A stretch of 64,000 nt of DNA from an uncultured delta proteobacterium. Its GTDB lineage: Bacteria > Desulfobacterota > WTBG01 > JAGOGO01. Below are positions 11,873 through 21,261 of this stretch, one piece after another. The notes under the pieces are model-generated. The model was not told where the DNA came from. It worked only from the letters and a program-made list of their open reading frames with translations, and ran no database searches. Location: NCBI GenBank assembly GCA_963736755.1, contig CAVTQE010000021.1, forward strand, positions 3,680-67,679. The letters are read 5' to 3'. The stretch's first letter is position 1. The number at the start of each line of letters is the position of its first letter. The position numbers and the translations under genes were made by a program.

Positions 11873-12151
11873 ATGAATATGTGGCTCATTATCGGATTTA
11901 TTGGACAAGCTTTGTTTTCCATGAGGTTCATAGTTCAGTGGATCGCCTCGGAACGGAAAGGAGAAAGTGTTATTCCTACACTGTTCTGGTATTTTAGCCT
12001 GGCCGGAGGACTTACCTTGCTTGCGTATGCCATCTATAAGCAAGACCCGGTCTTTATCCTCGGACAAAGCGCGGGGGCCTTTATTTATATTCGGAATCTG
12101 GTCCTCATTTTTCGTAAGAAGGGAGGCCAACTCAAAGGGGCCAAAGTTTAA
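11873..12151 (+). CDS. lipid-A-disaccharide synthase N-terminal (LAB_N, PF07578-like) domain membrane protein
   Basis: 92 aa: WLIIGFIGQALFSMRFIVQWIASERKGESVIPTLFWYFSLAGGLTLLAYAIYKQDPVFILGQ is the recalled LAB_N signature. RBS GGGAGG upstream. Confidence 0.75.
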   Translation: MNMWLIIGFIGQALFSMRFIVQWIASERKGESVIPTLFWYFSLAGGLTLLAYAIYKQDPVFILGQSAGAFIYIRNLVLIFRKKGGQLKGAKV

Positions 12152-12397
12152 GCGCACGAAACCATTGAAAGAGGCTATATAGAGACAACTTCATGCATAG
12201 CAAAAAAACAATTTTTTTGTTATGGATCTTAGTTCACCGGGGTTGCTTATTTTTTTCGGAGAGGAGACCACGTTAAACCAATAAAATAATTTGACGGGGG
12301 ATTATTCTGCAAAAAATATTTTGTAACCGAGTCTCAGTCATCAGGTTGTCAAAAGGTAACATATAACTTCCCCACCCTAAAAACCTAATTTTTCGAC

Positions 12398-14055
12398 ATG
12401 AGCCAAATAAAATTAAACCCTCATTCGTTATTTTTTTCTTCTCACAACAACTTTGATCTGGAAAAAGTTTGTCTTCCTCTCTTGCTTGTCATCTCTTTCG
12501 TTACCATATTTTTTCAACTGGGCGCCCGAAGTTTAGAGAATCAGTGCTATATCCGGTATGCTGAGGTGGCTCGTGAGATGATCCGCTCCGGGGACTGGAT
12601 TGTCCCCCGATTAGAAGGCGAGCTTTTTCTCCATAAACCAGCGCTTATCATCTGGCTTATTGCCTTACCTTCCGCGTTCGTGGGGAAGGTCACGCCTTTA
12701 ATGGCAAGGCTTCCTTCTGCGTTAAGCGCGGTGGCGATAATCGGGCTTACCTATTTTTTAGGAAAAAGGATGTTCCGGGATTTTCGGGTAGGAGCAATTG
12801 CTGGCCTTATCCTCTTAAGCTCCAAAGAATTCTTCTGGCAGGCGAGGACTGCCAGAGCGGACATGGTGCTTACCCTTTTTATCCTTTTTTCCTTGATTTG
12901 TTTCTTTTTGGCCTATGAGTCATCAGGTAAAAAAAGGTTTTTTCTTTTTATCCTCTTTTTTGTAGGCATGGCCTTGGGAACGCTGACCAAAGGGCCAGCG
13001 GTTATATTATTTTATTTGGGGCCGGTTACCCTTTTTCTTTTTTTAAAAAAAAGGCTTCGGGTTTTATTAGAACCAGGATTTTGGTGGGGATGGTTTTTAT
13101 TTGCGCTTATCCTCTTATCCTGGATTTTGCCATACCTAAACCGAGTAAAGGTTTCAACCGTTTTGAACAGTTTCATCTATCCACAATCCTGTCCCGACCG
13201 GAACCTTGTTATTACTATTTACTCCAATTTTGGCCTCGGTTTGCGCCCTGGTCTTTTTTTCTCCCTTCGGCAGTATTTTTTCTTTTACGAAAAAATCCGG
13301 ATCAACGCGACGCGAAACTGGTTCTCCTTTGCTGGATAGGGATCATCATAGCGCTTATTTTTCCCATCCAGAATAAAACCTATCGTTACTTCCTGCCGGT
13401 TTTTCCTGCCTATAGCATTATTCTGGGAGCTGCCTGTAAGGAAAATCTTTTACTGCTTGCCTCTTATCAGAAAGATTGGTTAACTCGATCCTGGAAATAT
13501 TCCACTTGTTTCTGCTTCTTTATTTTCACGGTTTTCTTTCTACCAGCTCCGTTTTTAGCCTGGCGGTTTACTCATTCTTTTACTGCTACTATAGTAAGCA
13601 CTGTTGTCTTTTTGGTGGGAGGTCTTTTAATAGGCTATGGCCTTAGGAAGGGGAAAATGTTATCCAAAGTAGTGGTCATCAGTTTACTCTCATTGCTTAC
13701 CTATGAAACCTACTACTATTTTATTTCCCGCGAGGATAGAGTGCATTCACCATTTATGCAAATTGCGGAAAGCATTAAATCTCGGACCGACTCCGAAGCA
13801 CTTTGTTTTTTCGATTTTGCTGGAGAAAAAGCGATTTTAATCGATTTTTATTTGGATACAGTGGCTCCAAAGTTTTCTGGCGCATCGGAAGTTGTAAATT
13901 TTCTGACTAAAAACAATGAACCCCATGCCTGCCTGACGTCGCAGCAAGGATTTACTCAAATTTCACAAGACCTCTCTCCAAAAAGTCTTGAAGTCTATCC
14001 CATAACGTATTATAAAAAAGCAACCTATTATTTGATAATCTCTAAAAGAGAATAA
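12398..14055 (+). pseudogene. second GT39/ArnT-like (PMT_2) membrane glycosyltransferase, one apparent frameshift near 13145-13151
   Basis: ORF 12398..13339 has RYAEVAREMIRSGDWIVPRLEGELFLHKPALIIW and the TKGP loop. The conserved continuation (RPEPCYYYLLQFWPRFAPWSFFLP) lies in overlapping ORF 13081..14055. The junction fits the AAA run in CGAGTAAAGG. Confidence 0.72.
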
Positions 14056-14088
14056 TACGTTACCTTTTGATTTCTTGTAAAACTTCCA

Positions 14089-16893
14089 ATGGATCACATC
14101 AACTGGCAGATTAATAAACAGCTTTTCCCTGACCTTAATCCTCAGGACATGGAGTATTTGGTCTCGGAATTTATGCGGGGAAAAGGTGAAGTTAAAAAGG
14201 ATAAGCCTCGTAGAACTGTTAAGAAAATGGAGCTTAAGGGGAAGGGATCTTTTTTTGTCAAACATATTAAAATTAAAGGTTGGGACACCACCTTGAAATA
14301 TTTTTTTCTTCCCAGAAAAATTTTAACTGAATGGCGAATCATGAATCAGTTAATTGGATTGGATATCCCTATACCCTATCCTGTGGCCTTGGGAATCAAC
14401 CGAAAGTTTGGGTTTTTAAAGGAAGCATTTCTCATAACTCAGTCTTTGGGAGAAATGATAGATTTACATAGATTTTATAAGGAGAATATAAAAAACAACC
14501 TTGAAAAAGAAACCTTTATAAAAGCATTAATCACTTACTTGCGGTTCCTTCACCATAAAGGTGTCCTTCATCATGATATCCACCTTGAAAATATTATCGT
14601 CCCAAGAGAGAGGGTACATCCACTTTTCTTTTTTCTTGTTGACTTATATAAAACGCGGATTAAAAGGAACCCGAGCGAAAAAGAAAAAATGCTTAACCTT
14701 GCTCTTCTCATTTTTTACATTTCTGAAGCAAATCTTTTTGGACCGAATGATCAAGAAAAGTTTATCCGACTTTATTACTCCGAAGATGATTTTTCTGAGG
14801 CAAAACTCAATTTCATAACAAAAAAAATTTTTTTCCAGATAAAAAAGCTAAGGGACCAAAGATTCCTCAGCTGGGGGAGAAAAAGTTTTCGGACAGGTAA
14901 ATTTTTTAACATTATTAAAGGGAAGGGGAAGTTTTTAATCTATCGCTGGGAATTTGACCCTAAACTTATTCCTGATATTCTTAAGGAGCATGAGGAGATT
15001 ACCACGTCCATCCGGGGAATTATTCATCCCCGTCGTGATCAGCTTCCTCCCGCTATTCTCAAAACTTCCCGCAAAGCTATTGTCACGAAAATTGATATAA
15101 AGGGTCAGACCTTTATCGTGAAAGAAGGTAGAAACGACGCGTTGCGGGCTTCGTTTCGGTTTTGGGTAGCGCGGTTACGAAACCGGCGGTCCTGGGCTAA
15201 TAGTAATAAATTAGTTCTAAAAAGCATTCCCACTCCCCGTGGCTTAGCCCTTCTTGAAGAGAAGAGATTGGGTGTTTGGATGAGAAGCTTTTTAATTATG
15301 GAATATGTGGAAGGTGCGATCCCCCTTCGCTACTATGTCCAAATTTTTAAAAACCCCTCCGATCCCGAAGTTTTTCAAAAGAAAAGGGCTTTCATTTCTT
15401 TTATGGCGAATTTTATTCGGACCCTTCATCAGAAGGGAATTTATCATGGTGACTTAAAGTCGGACAATTTTTTAATTAAAGAAAAGGGAGAAAATGGATG
15501 GGAATGCTTAATCGTGGATACTGATCGGGTTTATTTTGGCAACAGGGTTTCCTTTCCTCACCTGATTAAGAACTTCGCTCAACTCAATGCTACGATTGCC
15601 CAATGCCTATCTCCTTCTAACCGAATCAAATTTTTTAAAGATTACAGTGAAAAAAATAAATGGACCCGCAAGCAGAGAAAAACAATCTACCGTCGAATTT
15701 TAAAAATCTGTCAATCCAGAAACACAGAACAATATGGTGTGAGTTTTAAGAGAAAACACCCCCCCTCTATCGGAGACCGTTCTCTTAAAATTCTCCACAT
15801 CAATACGGAATTAACCTGGCGTGGGGGAGAACAACAGGCACTTTATCTCATGGAGGGTTTAAATCAGCGAGGGCAGATTTCGCATTTAATTTGTCAGCCC
15901 AATAGTGCGGTTTATGAACGTGCCCAGCAAAAAAATATTGTTATCTTTCCTGTTCGGATGAAAGGTGAATTTGATCTTAGTGCTGCTTTTAAAATCGCCC
16001 GAATAATAAAAAAAGAAAAATATGACATTGTCCACTCCCACACATCGCATGCCCATTCTCTTGTAATGTGGGCTTCCTTATTGTTAAGAAAAAAACCGGT
16101 CCGCATTGTTTCCCGCCGGGTTGATTTCAGTATCTTTCGGCACAATTTTCTCGGGATGAATCGTTATAAGTACACCAAAGGGGCAGATCACATCGTTGCT
16201 GTTGCCCATAAGGTCAAGGATGTCCTTATCCAGGACGGTATACCTTCCGAAAAAATATCGGTTGTCCATAGCGGAGCGGATATGGATCGGTTTCGAGGAA
16301 AAACCGGGGACTCTATCCGCAAAGAGTTTGCTTTATCCGCTCAGGCTCGAATACTTGGCAATGTAGGTTACTTGGTGGGCCACAAAGGCCAAAAGCACCT
16401 CATTCAGGCTATGACAAAAGTCGTTCAGAAATTCCCGGAAGCGCATCTTTTGATCGTCGGAAAAGGAGAATTAGAAAAAGAATTGAAAGACCTCACTGCC
16501 CACCTGGGCCTTAATAAACATATAACCTTTACCGGGTTTCGATCAGATGTTGGTGCGTTTATGAATATATTTGATATGCTCGTAGTATCAAGCACGGGAG
16601 AAGGTCTTACTGCGACTATCGTTGATGCACTCGCTTTAGAAATTCCTGTCGTTACCACTGATGCCGGAGGGGTACCAGAAATCATCACTCATGGAGAGAC
16701 GGGAATCATTGTCCCGCAAGCTGATCCGGATGCTTTGGCTCATGGGATCATTTGGACATTAAATAACTATGATAAAGCGAAGGAAATGGCCAAACGAGGC
16801 AAGAGGGACGTTGTGGAAAAATTCAGTGCAGATGCGATGGTGGAAGGAAGCCTTCGGATTTATCAAAAAATATGTAGTGCGGGAAGAGGTTAA
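14089..16893 (+). CDS. fusion protein: two tandem LPS-kinase (Kdo/WaaP, PF06293-like) domains plus a C-terminal GT4 glycosyltransferase
   Basis: 934-aa uninterrupted ORF. Kinase 1: LHHKGVLHHDIHLENIIV ... FLVDLY. Kinase 2: LHQKGIYHGDLKSDNFLI ... IVDTDRV. The GT4 part runs from LKILHINTELTWRGGEQQ to GEGLTATIVDALALEIPVVTTDAGGVPEII. Confidence 0.8.
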   Translation: MDHINWQINKQLFPDLNPQDMEYLVSEFMRGKGEVKKDKPRRTVKKMELKGKGSFFVKHIKIKGWDTTLKYFFLPRKILTEWRIMNQLIGLDIPIPYPVALGINRKFGFLKEAFLITQSLGEMIDLHRFYKENIKNNLEKETFIKALITYLRFLHHKGVLHHDIHLENIIVPRERVHPLFFFLVDLYKTRIKRNPSEKEKMLNLALLIFYISEANLFGPNDQEKFIRLYYSEDDFSEAKLNFITKKIFFQIKKLRDQRFLSWGRKSFRTGKFFNIIKGKGKFLIYRWEFDPKLIPDILKEHEEITTSIRGIIHPRRDQLPPAILKTSRKAIVTKIDIKGQTFIVKEGRNDALRASFRFWVARLRNRRSWANSNKLVLKSIPTPRGLALLEEKRLGVWMRSFLIMEYVEGAIPLRYYVQIFKNPSDPEVFQKKRAFISFMANFIRTLHQKGIYHGDLKSDNFLIKEKGENGWECLIVDTDRVYFGNRVSFPHLIKNFAQLNATIAQCLSPSNRIKFFKDYSEKNKWTRKQRKTIYRRILKICQSRNTEQYGVSFKRKHPPSIGDRSLKILHINTELTWRGGEQQALYLMEGLNQRGQISHLICQPNSAVYERAQQKNIVIFPVRMKGEFDLSAAFKIARIIKKEKYDIVHSHTSHAHSLVMWASLLLRKKPVRIVSRRVDFSIFRHNFLGMNRYKYTKGADHIVAVAHKVKDVLIQDGIPSEKISVVHSGADMDRFRGKTGDSIRKEFALSAQARILGNVGYLVGHKGQKHLIQAMTKVVQKFPEAHLLIVGKGELEKELKDLTAHLGLNKHITFTGFRSDVGAFMNIFDMLVVSSTGEGLTATIVDALALEIPVVTTDAGGVPEIITHGETGIIVPQADPDALAHGIIWTLNNYDKAKEMAKRGKRDVVEKFSADAMVEGSLRIYQKICSAGRG

Positions 16894-16895
16894 CC

Positions 16896-17876
16896 ATGTC
16901 CGAAAAAATTAACCGGCTTCTTTTTTTCGGAAAGACACGAAAACGCACCCAAACCCCCTCGTTTTTCATAAAAGCCTTTCGTAACCAGGGCATCAATGTG
17001 CACGCTATCAATTATCGAAAAATGGAGCGGCTCTGGGGAAAATGGCTCACGGAAAAATATCTTTTTTCCACCTTTAATCGTTTCCAACCTCAGTTGGTTT
17101 TTATCAATACCATTGATATCCCTTTTAAGATGTTGTCCCAGATATCCGGGAAGACCAAGGTTGCTATTTACTTCCCAGACTTGATTACTCTTTCTGATAA
17201 GAGCGCCTTTTCGGGGTTTATTACTCCTTATAAGGAAGAGATGATTGAACGGGGGAAATTAGCCGACTATTTTTTTATTACTAACCAGGGGCAGATTTCT
17301 TTTTTGAAGGAGCAGGGGATAAAAAACCCTATTTTCATTACTCAGGGATGCGATCGGGAAGCGCACCGGATTATTAAAAGTAAAAGTAAAAAATGGAAAA
17401 GCGACGTGGCTTTTATCGGCGAAGCGAAAAAAACTGAGAGGATTAACTTTATAAAGGAGGTTGCTAAAGATTTTAACCTCAAAGTTTGGGGGGGGGAGTG
17501 GAAAAGGCACGGGTTAAAATGTCATAAGCGCAATGTCTATCCGGATGAATTTGCAAAGATTTGTTCAGGGGCAAAAATAATTTTGGGCATTGATACGTCG
17601 AATCAGGTAGAAGGATACTTCTCCAACCGAACCTGGATAACGTTGGGGTGCGGGGGGTTTCTCCTTACCCGTTATGTTCCTGGTCTGGAAAAAATTTTTA
17701 TTAATAAAAAGCATCTGGTTTGGTATCATAGTGTTGATGAGTGCCTCCATCTTATTGCTGAATATCTCAAAAAAGATGAGGAAAGGGAAAGGATTAGCAG
17801 AGAAGGGTTTCACTATGTTCATGAGCACCATACGTATGATCATGTGGTGAAAAGGATACTTCACCACATTGAATAG
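16896..17876 (+). CDS. CgeB-like glycosyltransferase (DUF3880 / Glyco_trans_1_2-like)
   Basis: 326 aa starting 3 nt after the upstream stop. The C-terminal pattern FSNRTWITLGCGGFLLTRYVPGLEKIFINKKHLVWYHSVDE...REGFHYVHEHHTYDH resembles the CgeB family. Confidence 0.6.
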   Translation: MSEKINRLLFFGKTRKRTQTPSFFIKAFRNQGINVHAINYRKMERLWGKWLTEKYLFSTFNRFQPQLVFINTIDIPFKMLSQISGKTKVAIYFPDLITLSDKSAFSGFITPYKEEMIERGKLADYFFITNQGQISFLKEQGIKNPIFITQGCDREAHRIIKSKSKKWKSDVAFIGEAKKTERINFIKEVAKDFNLKVWGGEWKRHGLKCHKRNVYPDEFAKICSGAKIILGIDTSNQVEGYFSNRTWITLGCGGFLLTRYVPGLEKIFINKKHLVWYHSVDECLHLIAEYLKKDEERERISREGFHYVHEHHTYDHVVKRILHHIE

Positions 17877-18058
17877 ATCACTATGAGTAGTATATCTTTA
17901 ATGAATCACAGGGATTGTTTCTATTCTTTTTTCGTATGGTAATGTGCAATAGAGGAAGATCATTTTTTGACAAATAATGATTTTTTGCTAACATTAAAAA
18001 ATTCGTTTTCTTTCGTTAAAAGGATAGCAAGAAGTGCTTTTTCCATAAAAAGGAGAAC

Positions 18059-18358
18059 ATGGAAAACGGAAGCATTATAATCCTCAATCTTCAGGACCCG
18101 AGGGAAAAGATTATCGGAAAACTCCTTGCCATGTCACCTTCCGGCATTACCGTTAAGGGAGTGGATGTAAACTCGTTTAACGACTGGATGAAGCAGTTCA
18201 CCCACAAGCAAACGACAAACATCATTTTTCCCACCACCGTGTTTTTTCCCATGCATCGAGTTGTGAGCTGTTACCTTGACGAAAATATGGGAGATGTGCC
18301 TTCTTTCAGCTCTCAATTTAAAGGAAGAACCAAAAGGGAGATTACGAAGGTTCTTTAG
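18059..18358 (+). CDS. hypothetical protein (99 aa)
   Basis: ATG is preceded by AAGGAG. No family recognised. Co-oriented with the next small gene. Confidence 0.5.
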   Translation: MENGSIIILNLQDPREKIIGKLLAMSPSGITVKGVDVNSFNDWMKQFTHKQTTNIIFPTTVFFPMHRVVSCYLDENMGDVPSFSSQFKGRTKREITKVL

Positions 18359-18394
18359 TTTTGCCATCGAGGTTTTTAAGGGAAGGAGGAGAAC

Positions 18395-18781
18395 GTGGCA
18401 GAGAGATTCGGTCAATTGATTAAGCATGGCATTGTAGATGCAGCAGCAGTACTTGAGGCCCTTAACCTTCAGAAAAAAAGAAGTATCGCTGTCGGCCAGA
18501 TCGCACTTCAGGAAAGAATGCTTTCCATCAACCAGGTCTTTGAGGTTCTCAATGCCCAGATTAGCACTGCCAAGCTGTTTGGGGAGCTTGCGGTTGAAAA
18601 AGGCTTTTTGAAAAACAAAGAGGTTGAACGGTTACTCGAAAAGCAAAAAATAAGCCGGCCTTTGCTTGGGGAAATACTGGTTGAGATGAACAAGATAACG
18701 AGCGAAGATCTTGACGTTTTGCTCAAACAGTTTAAGAAGGCTTCAAAAAACAGAAAAGATAAAAGCAAACCCCGTTCATAG
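18395..18781 (+). CDS. hypothetical protein made of four T2SE_Nter/MshEN-like 24-residue repeats
   Basis: GTG start 6 nt after AGGAGG. Four units with a period of about 29 aa: ERFGQLIKHGIVDAAAVLEALNLQ, IAVGQIALQERMLSINQVFEVLNAQ, KLFGELAVEKGFLKNKEVERLLEKQ, PLLGEILVEMNKITSEDLDVLLKQ. Basic tail. Confidence 0.5.
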   Translation: MAERFGQLIKHGIVDAAAVLEALNLQKKRSIAVGQIALQERMLSINQVFEVLNAQISTAKLFGELAVEKGFLKNKEVERLLEKQKISRPLLGEILVEMNKITSEDLDVLLKQFKKASKNRKDKSKPRS

Positions 18782-18907
18782 AAGAAAGGGACAAACCTCT
18801 TTTTTCAACAAAAGAAGCTTGTCCCCGTGAGAGCATTACCATTATCTCCATCGGGCGTGTGGTGAGTAATACCAAGTCGCCTTCATTTGCATATCTTTGT
18901 TGGCTCC

Positions 18908-19005
18908 TCGTCATACTCCTCGACGTACTAAAATGTACGCTGCGTCGATTCCTCGTCGCCGCCTCGATCTGCTTTTGAATGCAACTCGGTATAAAAACTG
19001 TCGAA
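18908..19005 (+). repeat. repeat Z copy 1 (adjacent to Y copy A)
   Basis: CGACGTACTAAAATGTACGC ... ATTCCTCGTCG ... GCCGCCTCGATCTGC resembles 42955-43045 (CGGCGTACAGGTAAGTACGC ... ATTCCGTCGG ... GCGCCTTGCATCTGA). Identity is only moderate. Confidence 0.4.
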
Positions 19006-19014
19006 AACGAATTT

Positions 19015-19112
19015 ACCCTGTTAGAAATGCCTCGCTTACTCTGTTCGATATCAAATATCTAACAGGGTGAAGAAGCACGGGGTAAATTTCCCGTGTGAAA
19101 GCCTTCTAACGG
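19015..19112 (+). repeat. dispersed structured repeat Y, copy A
   Basis: ACCCTGTTAGAAATGCC ... TCTAACAGGGTGAAGAAGCACGGGGTAAATTTCCCGTGTGAAAGCCTTCTAACGG. Confidence 0.7.
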
Positions 19113-19126
19113 ATTTTACTCTTTGG

Positions 19127-19423
19127 TTACTCTGAGTGGTGAACCTTTTCTTTAATCTTGTCTACCGAGTCCCGGACTTTTCCGCTGATCTCCGCATATT
19201 TTTCTTTTCCTGTTTCCGCTAACCCCTCTGCTTTATCCCGGATCGTCTCAACGGCACCTCTTAGTTTTTCCCGGGCTTCTTCTGCTCGCTCTTTTATTTT
19301 TTCTCTCGTCTCAACTCCTGGACGGGGAGCAAAAAGCACCCCAAGAGTTGCACCGATAAGACCTCCAGCGACAAAGGCTAAGGTGAGAGCAGCAAAACCA
19401 TACTCCGTCCGATCAGAATTCAT
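19127..19423 (-). CDS. YtxH domain protein
   Basis: 98 aa with one N-terminal TM segment (FAALTLAFVAGGLIGATLGVLFAPRPG), followed by a charged helical region rich in E/K/R, typical of YtxH. Confidence 0.8.
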   Translation of the reverse strand: MNSDRTEYGFAALTLAFVAGGLIGATLGVLFAPRPGVETREKIKERAEEAREKLRGAVETIRDKAEGLAETGKEKYAEISGKVRDSVDKIKEKVHHSE

Positions 19424-19489
19424 ATAATCACCCCCTTTCTCTCACGTGATAAATTTCTCCTACCCTTATCACAAACAACATTATTTCAA

Positions 19490-19879
19490 TCAAGAACCCT
19501 TTTGTTTTCTCTTTCCTCGTATCTTTCCCCACGCTTCTTTCAGGGCCCAAAGGATCAGGACCCGGAAAACTCGGCTACCCACTTCGGAAAAAGCAAACTG
19601 TGCAGTTGCGGAAGGAATATGTCTGGCTTTCTCCACTATTAAAGGCTGAAGCTCTTCTTGCCAGTTTTCCAAAACTCTTTCTCCCCGGTTTAACAAACCC
19701 TTGAAATCAACATTGATGACTTTGTTCAAACTGGAAGCAGTTATTTCGAGCTGTTGAGCGGTTTTTTTAAGTTGTTTTGTGAGGGGAAGGAGTGAGACCA
19801 GGATAAAGATAAATATCCCCCCCAAGAGCATTACTATTAAAACTAACAATACAAGTTCCCAAACATATAATTCTACCAT
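19490..19879 (-). CDS. DUF948-like membrane-anchored protein
   Basis: 129 aa with an N-terminal TM segment and then a coiled region (LPLTKQLKKTAQQLEITASSLNKV). Adjacency to YtxH is a recurrent pairing. Confidence 0.5.
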   Translation of the reverse strand: MVELYVWELVLLVLIVMLLGGIFIFILVSLLPLTKQLKKTAQQLEITASSLNKVINVDFKGLLNRGERVLENWQEELQPLIVEKARHIPSATAQFAFSEVGSRVFRVLILWALKEAWGKIRGKRKQKGS

Positions 19880-19906
19880 AAGGCAACCTCGTGCGTTTAA
19901 GATGAT

Positions 19907-21235
19907 TTAGGCAGGTTTATTATTATCTTTTCCCTTAAAAATTTCCCAGCTTTTTAGAATCCCGATCGCTCGGTTAAGCTGGGGATCATCTGCATTTTCC
20001 CCTTGATTTTTTTCCGGGACTTCTTTAGAGACATCATCGGATTTCTCTTTTGGTTTAGCGTTCCGGTAGAAATTTTCCAAATCTTTTTCCCGCATGATCC
20101 GGACTTTTGGCGATGAAGCCTCTTCAGTTTCAGTTTTGTCTTCTACTATCACATCAGGTTCAATGCCTTTAGCGTGAATTGAGCGGCCCTTGGGGGTGAA
20201 ATACTTGGCGGTGGTGAGCCGCAGGCCTGCTCCATTGTCCAGCGGGATCACGGTCTGGACCGAGCCTTTACCAAAGGTCCTGGTTCCGAGCAAAACAGCC
20301 AGCCCATAGTCTTGTAAAGCACCGGCCACGATTTCTGATCCACTCGCGGTTCCTGCATTGACGAGGACGATCATTGGGTGGTGATGTTTGGGTTCATTAT
20401 TTTTTGCTTTAAACTCCATCTTTTGTCCCTCAGAGCGGCCTTCAGTATAAACAATGAGGCCCGAATCAATAAACTCGTCACTTACCTCCACCGCTGATTC
20501 GAGCAACCCTCCCGGGTTATTGCGCAAATCCAGGATAAGTCCTTGAAGCGAAGGCACTTTAGACTCAAGTTCAGCCAAAGCTTTCCGGAAGTCTCTCGTT
20601 GTCTGCTCCTGGAACTGAGTTATCCGGATATAGCCAATTCTTTCGTCTACTATTTTAGACTTGACACTCTTTATTTGAATAGTCGCTCGGGTAAGCGTGA
20701 AATCTTTTGGTTGCGTAAACCCTTCCCGCATAATCGTAAGGGTCACTTTCGTTCCTTCTTTACCTCTTAGCTTTTTTACTGCGTCGAACATGGTCATATT
20801 TTTGGTAAACTCCTCCCCTATCTTTACAATCTGGTCTCCAGCCTTGATTCCTGCTTGATAAGCAGGGGTGTCTTCAATCGGAGAAACAACGGTAAGAATG
20901 TCATCTTTGATGGTAATTTCTATTCCTAATCCACCAAACTTGCCTTGAGTTTCAACCTGCATCTCTTTATAAACATCAGGGGGCATATAGGAGGAATGGG
21001 GATCTAAAGTGCTTAACATGCCGTTTATCGCCCCTTCAACCAGCTGGTCAACCTTAGGTTCCTCCACGTAGTCCTTCTGAATAATATAGAGCACATCGCT
21101 AAAGAGTTTCAGGTTTTCGTAATTTTTGTCCGTAACCGCGGAGACAATGCGCTCTCCATGTTCACCGACCATATAGCCGATAATAAAAAAACCAAAAATC
21201 AGAAGCCACGACGATCTAAGTTGTCTCAATTTCAC
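19907..21235 (-). CDS. ctpA: carboxyl-terminal processing protease (S41A) with PDZ domain
   Basis: 442 aa: GGLGIEI, PIEDTPAYQAGIKAGDQIVKI (PDZ), LDLRNNPGGLL, VLVNAGTASGSEIVAGALQD, TFGKGSVQTV. Confidence 0.9.
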   Translation of the reverse strand: MKLRQLRSSWLLIFGFFIIGYMVGEHGERIVSAVTDKNYENLKLFSDVLYIIQKDYVEEPKVDQLVEGAINGMLSTLDPHSSYMPPDVYKEMQVETQGKFGGLGIEITIKDDILTVVSPIEDTPAYQAGIKAGDQIVKIGEEFTKNMTMFDAVKKLRGKEGTKVTLTIMREGFTQPKDFTLTRATIQIKSVKSKIVDERIGYIRITQFQEQTTRDFRKALAELESKVPSLQGLILDLRNNPGGLLESAVEVSDEFIDSGLIVYTEGRSEGQKMEFKAKNNEPKHHHPMIVLVNAGTASGSEIVAGALQDYGLAVLLGTRTFGKGSVQTVIPLDNGAGLRLTTAKYFTPKGRSIHAKGIEPDVIVEDKTETEEASSPKVRIMREKDLENFYRNAKPKEKSDDVSKEVPEKNQGENADDPQLNRAIGILKSWEIFKGKDNNKPA

Positions 21236-21261
21236 TTTTTCCTCTCCTTATGCTTATCCGT

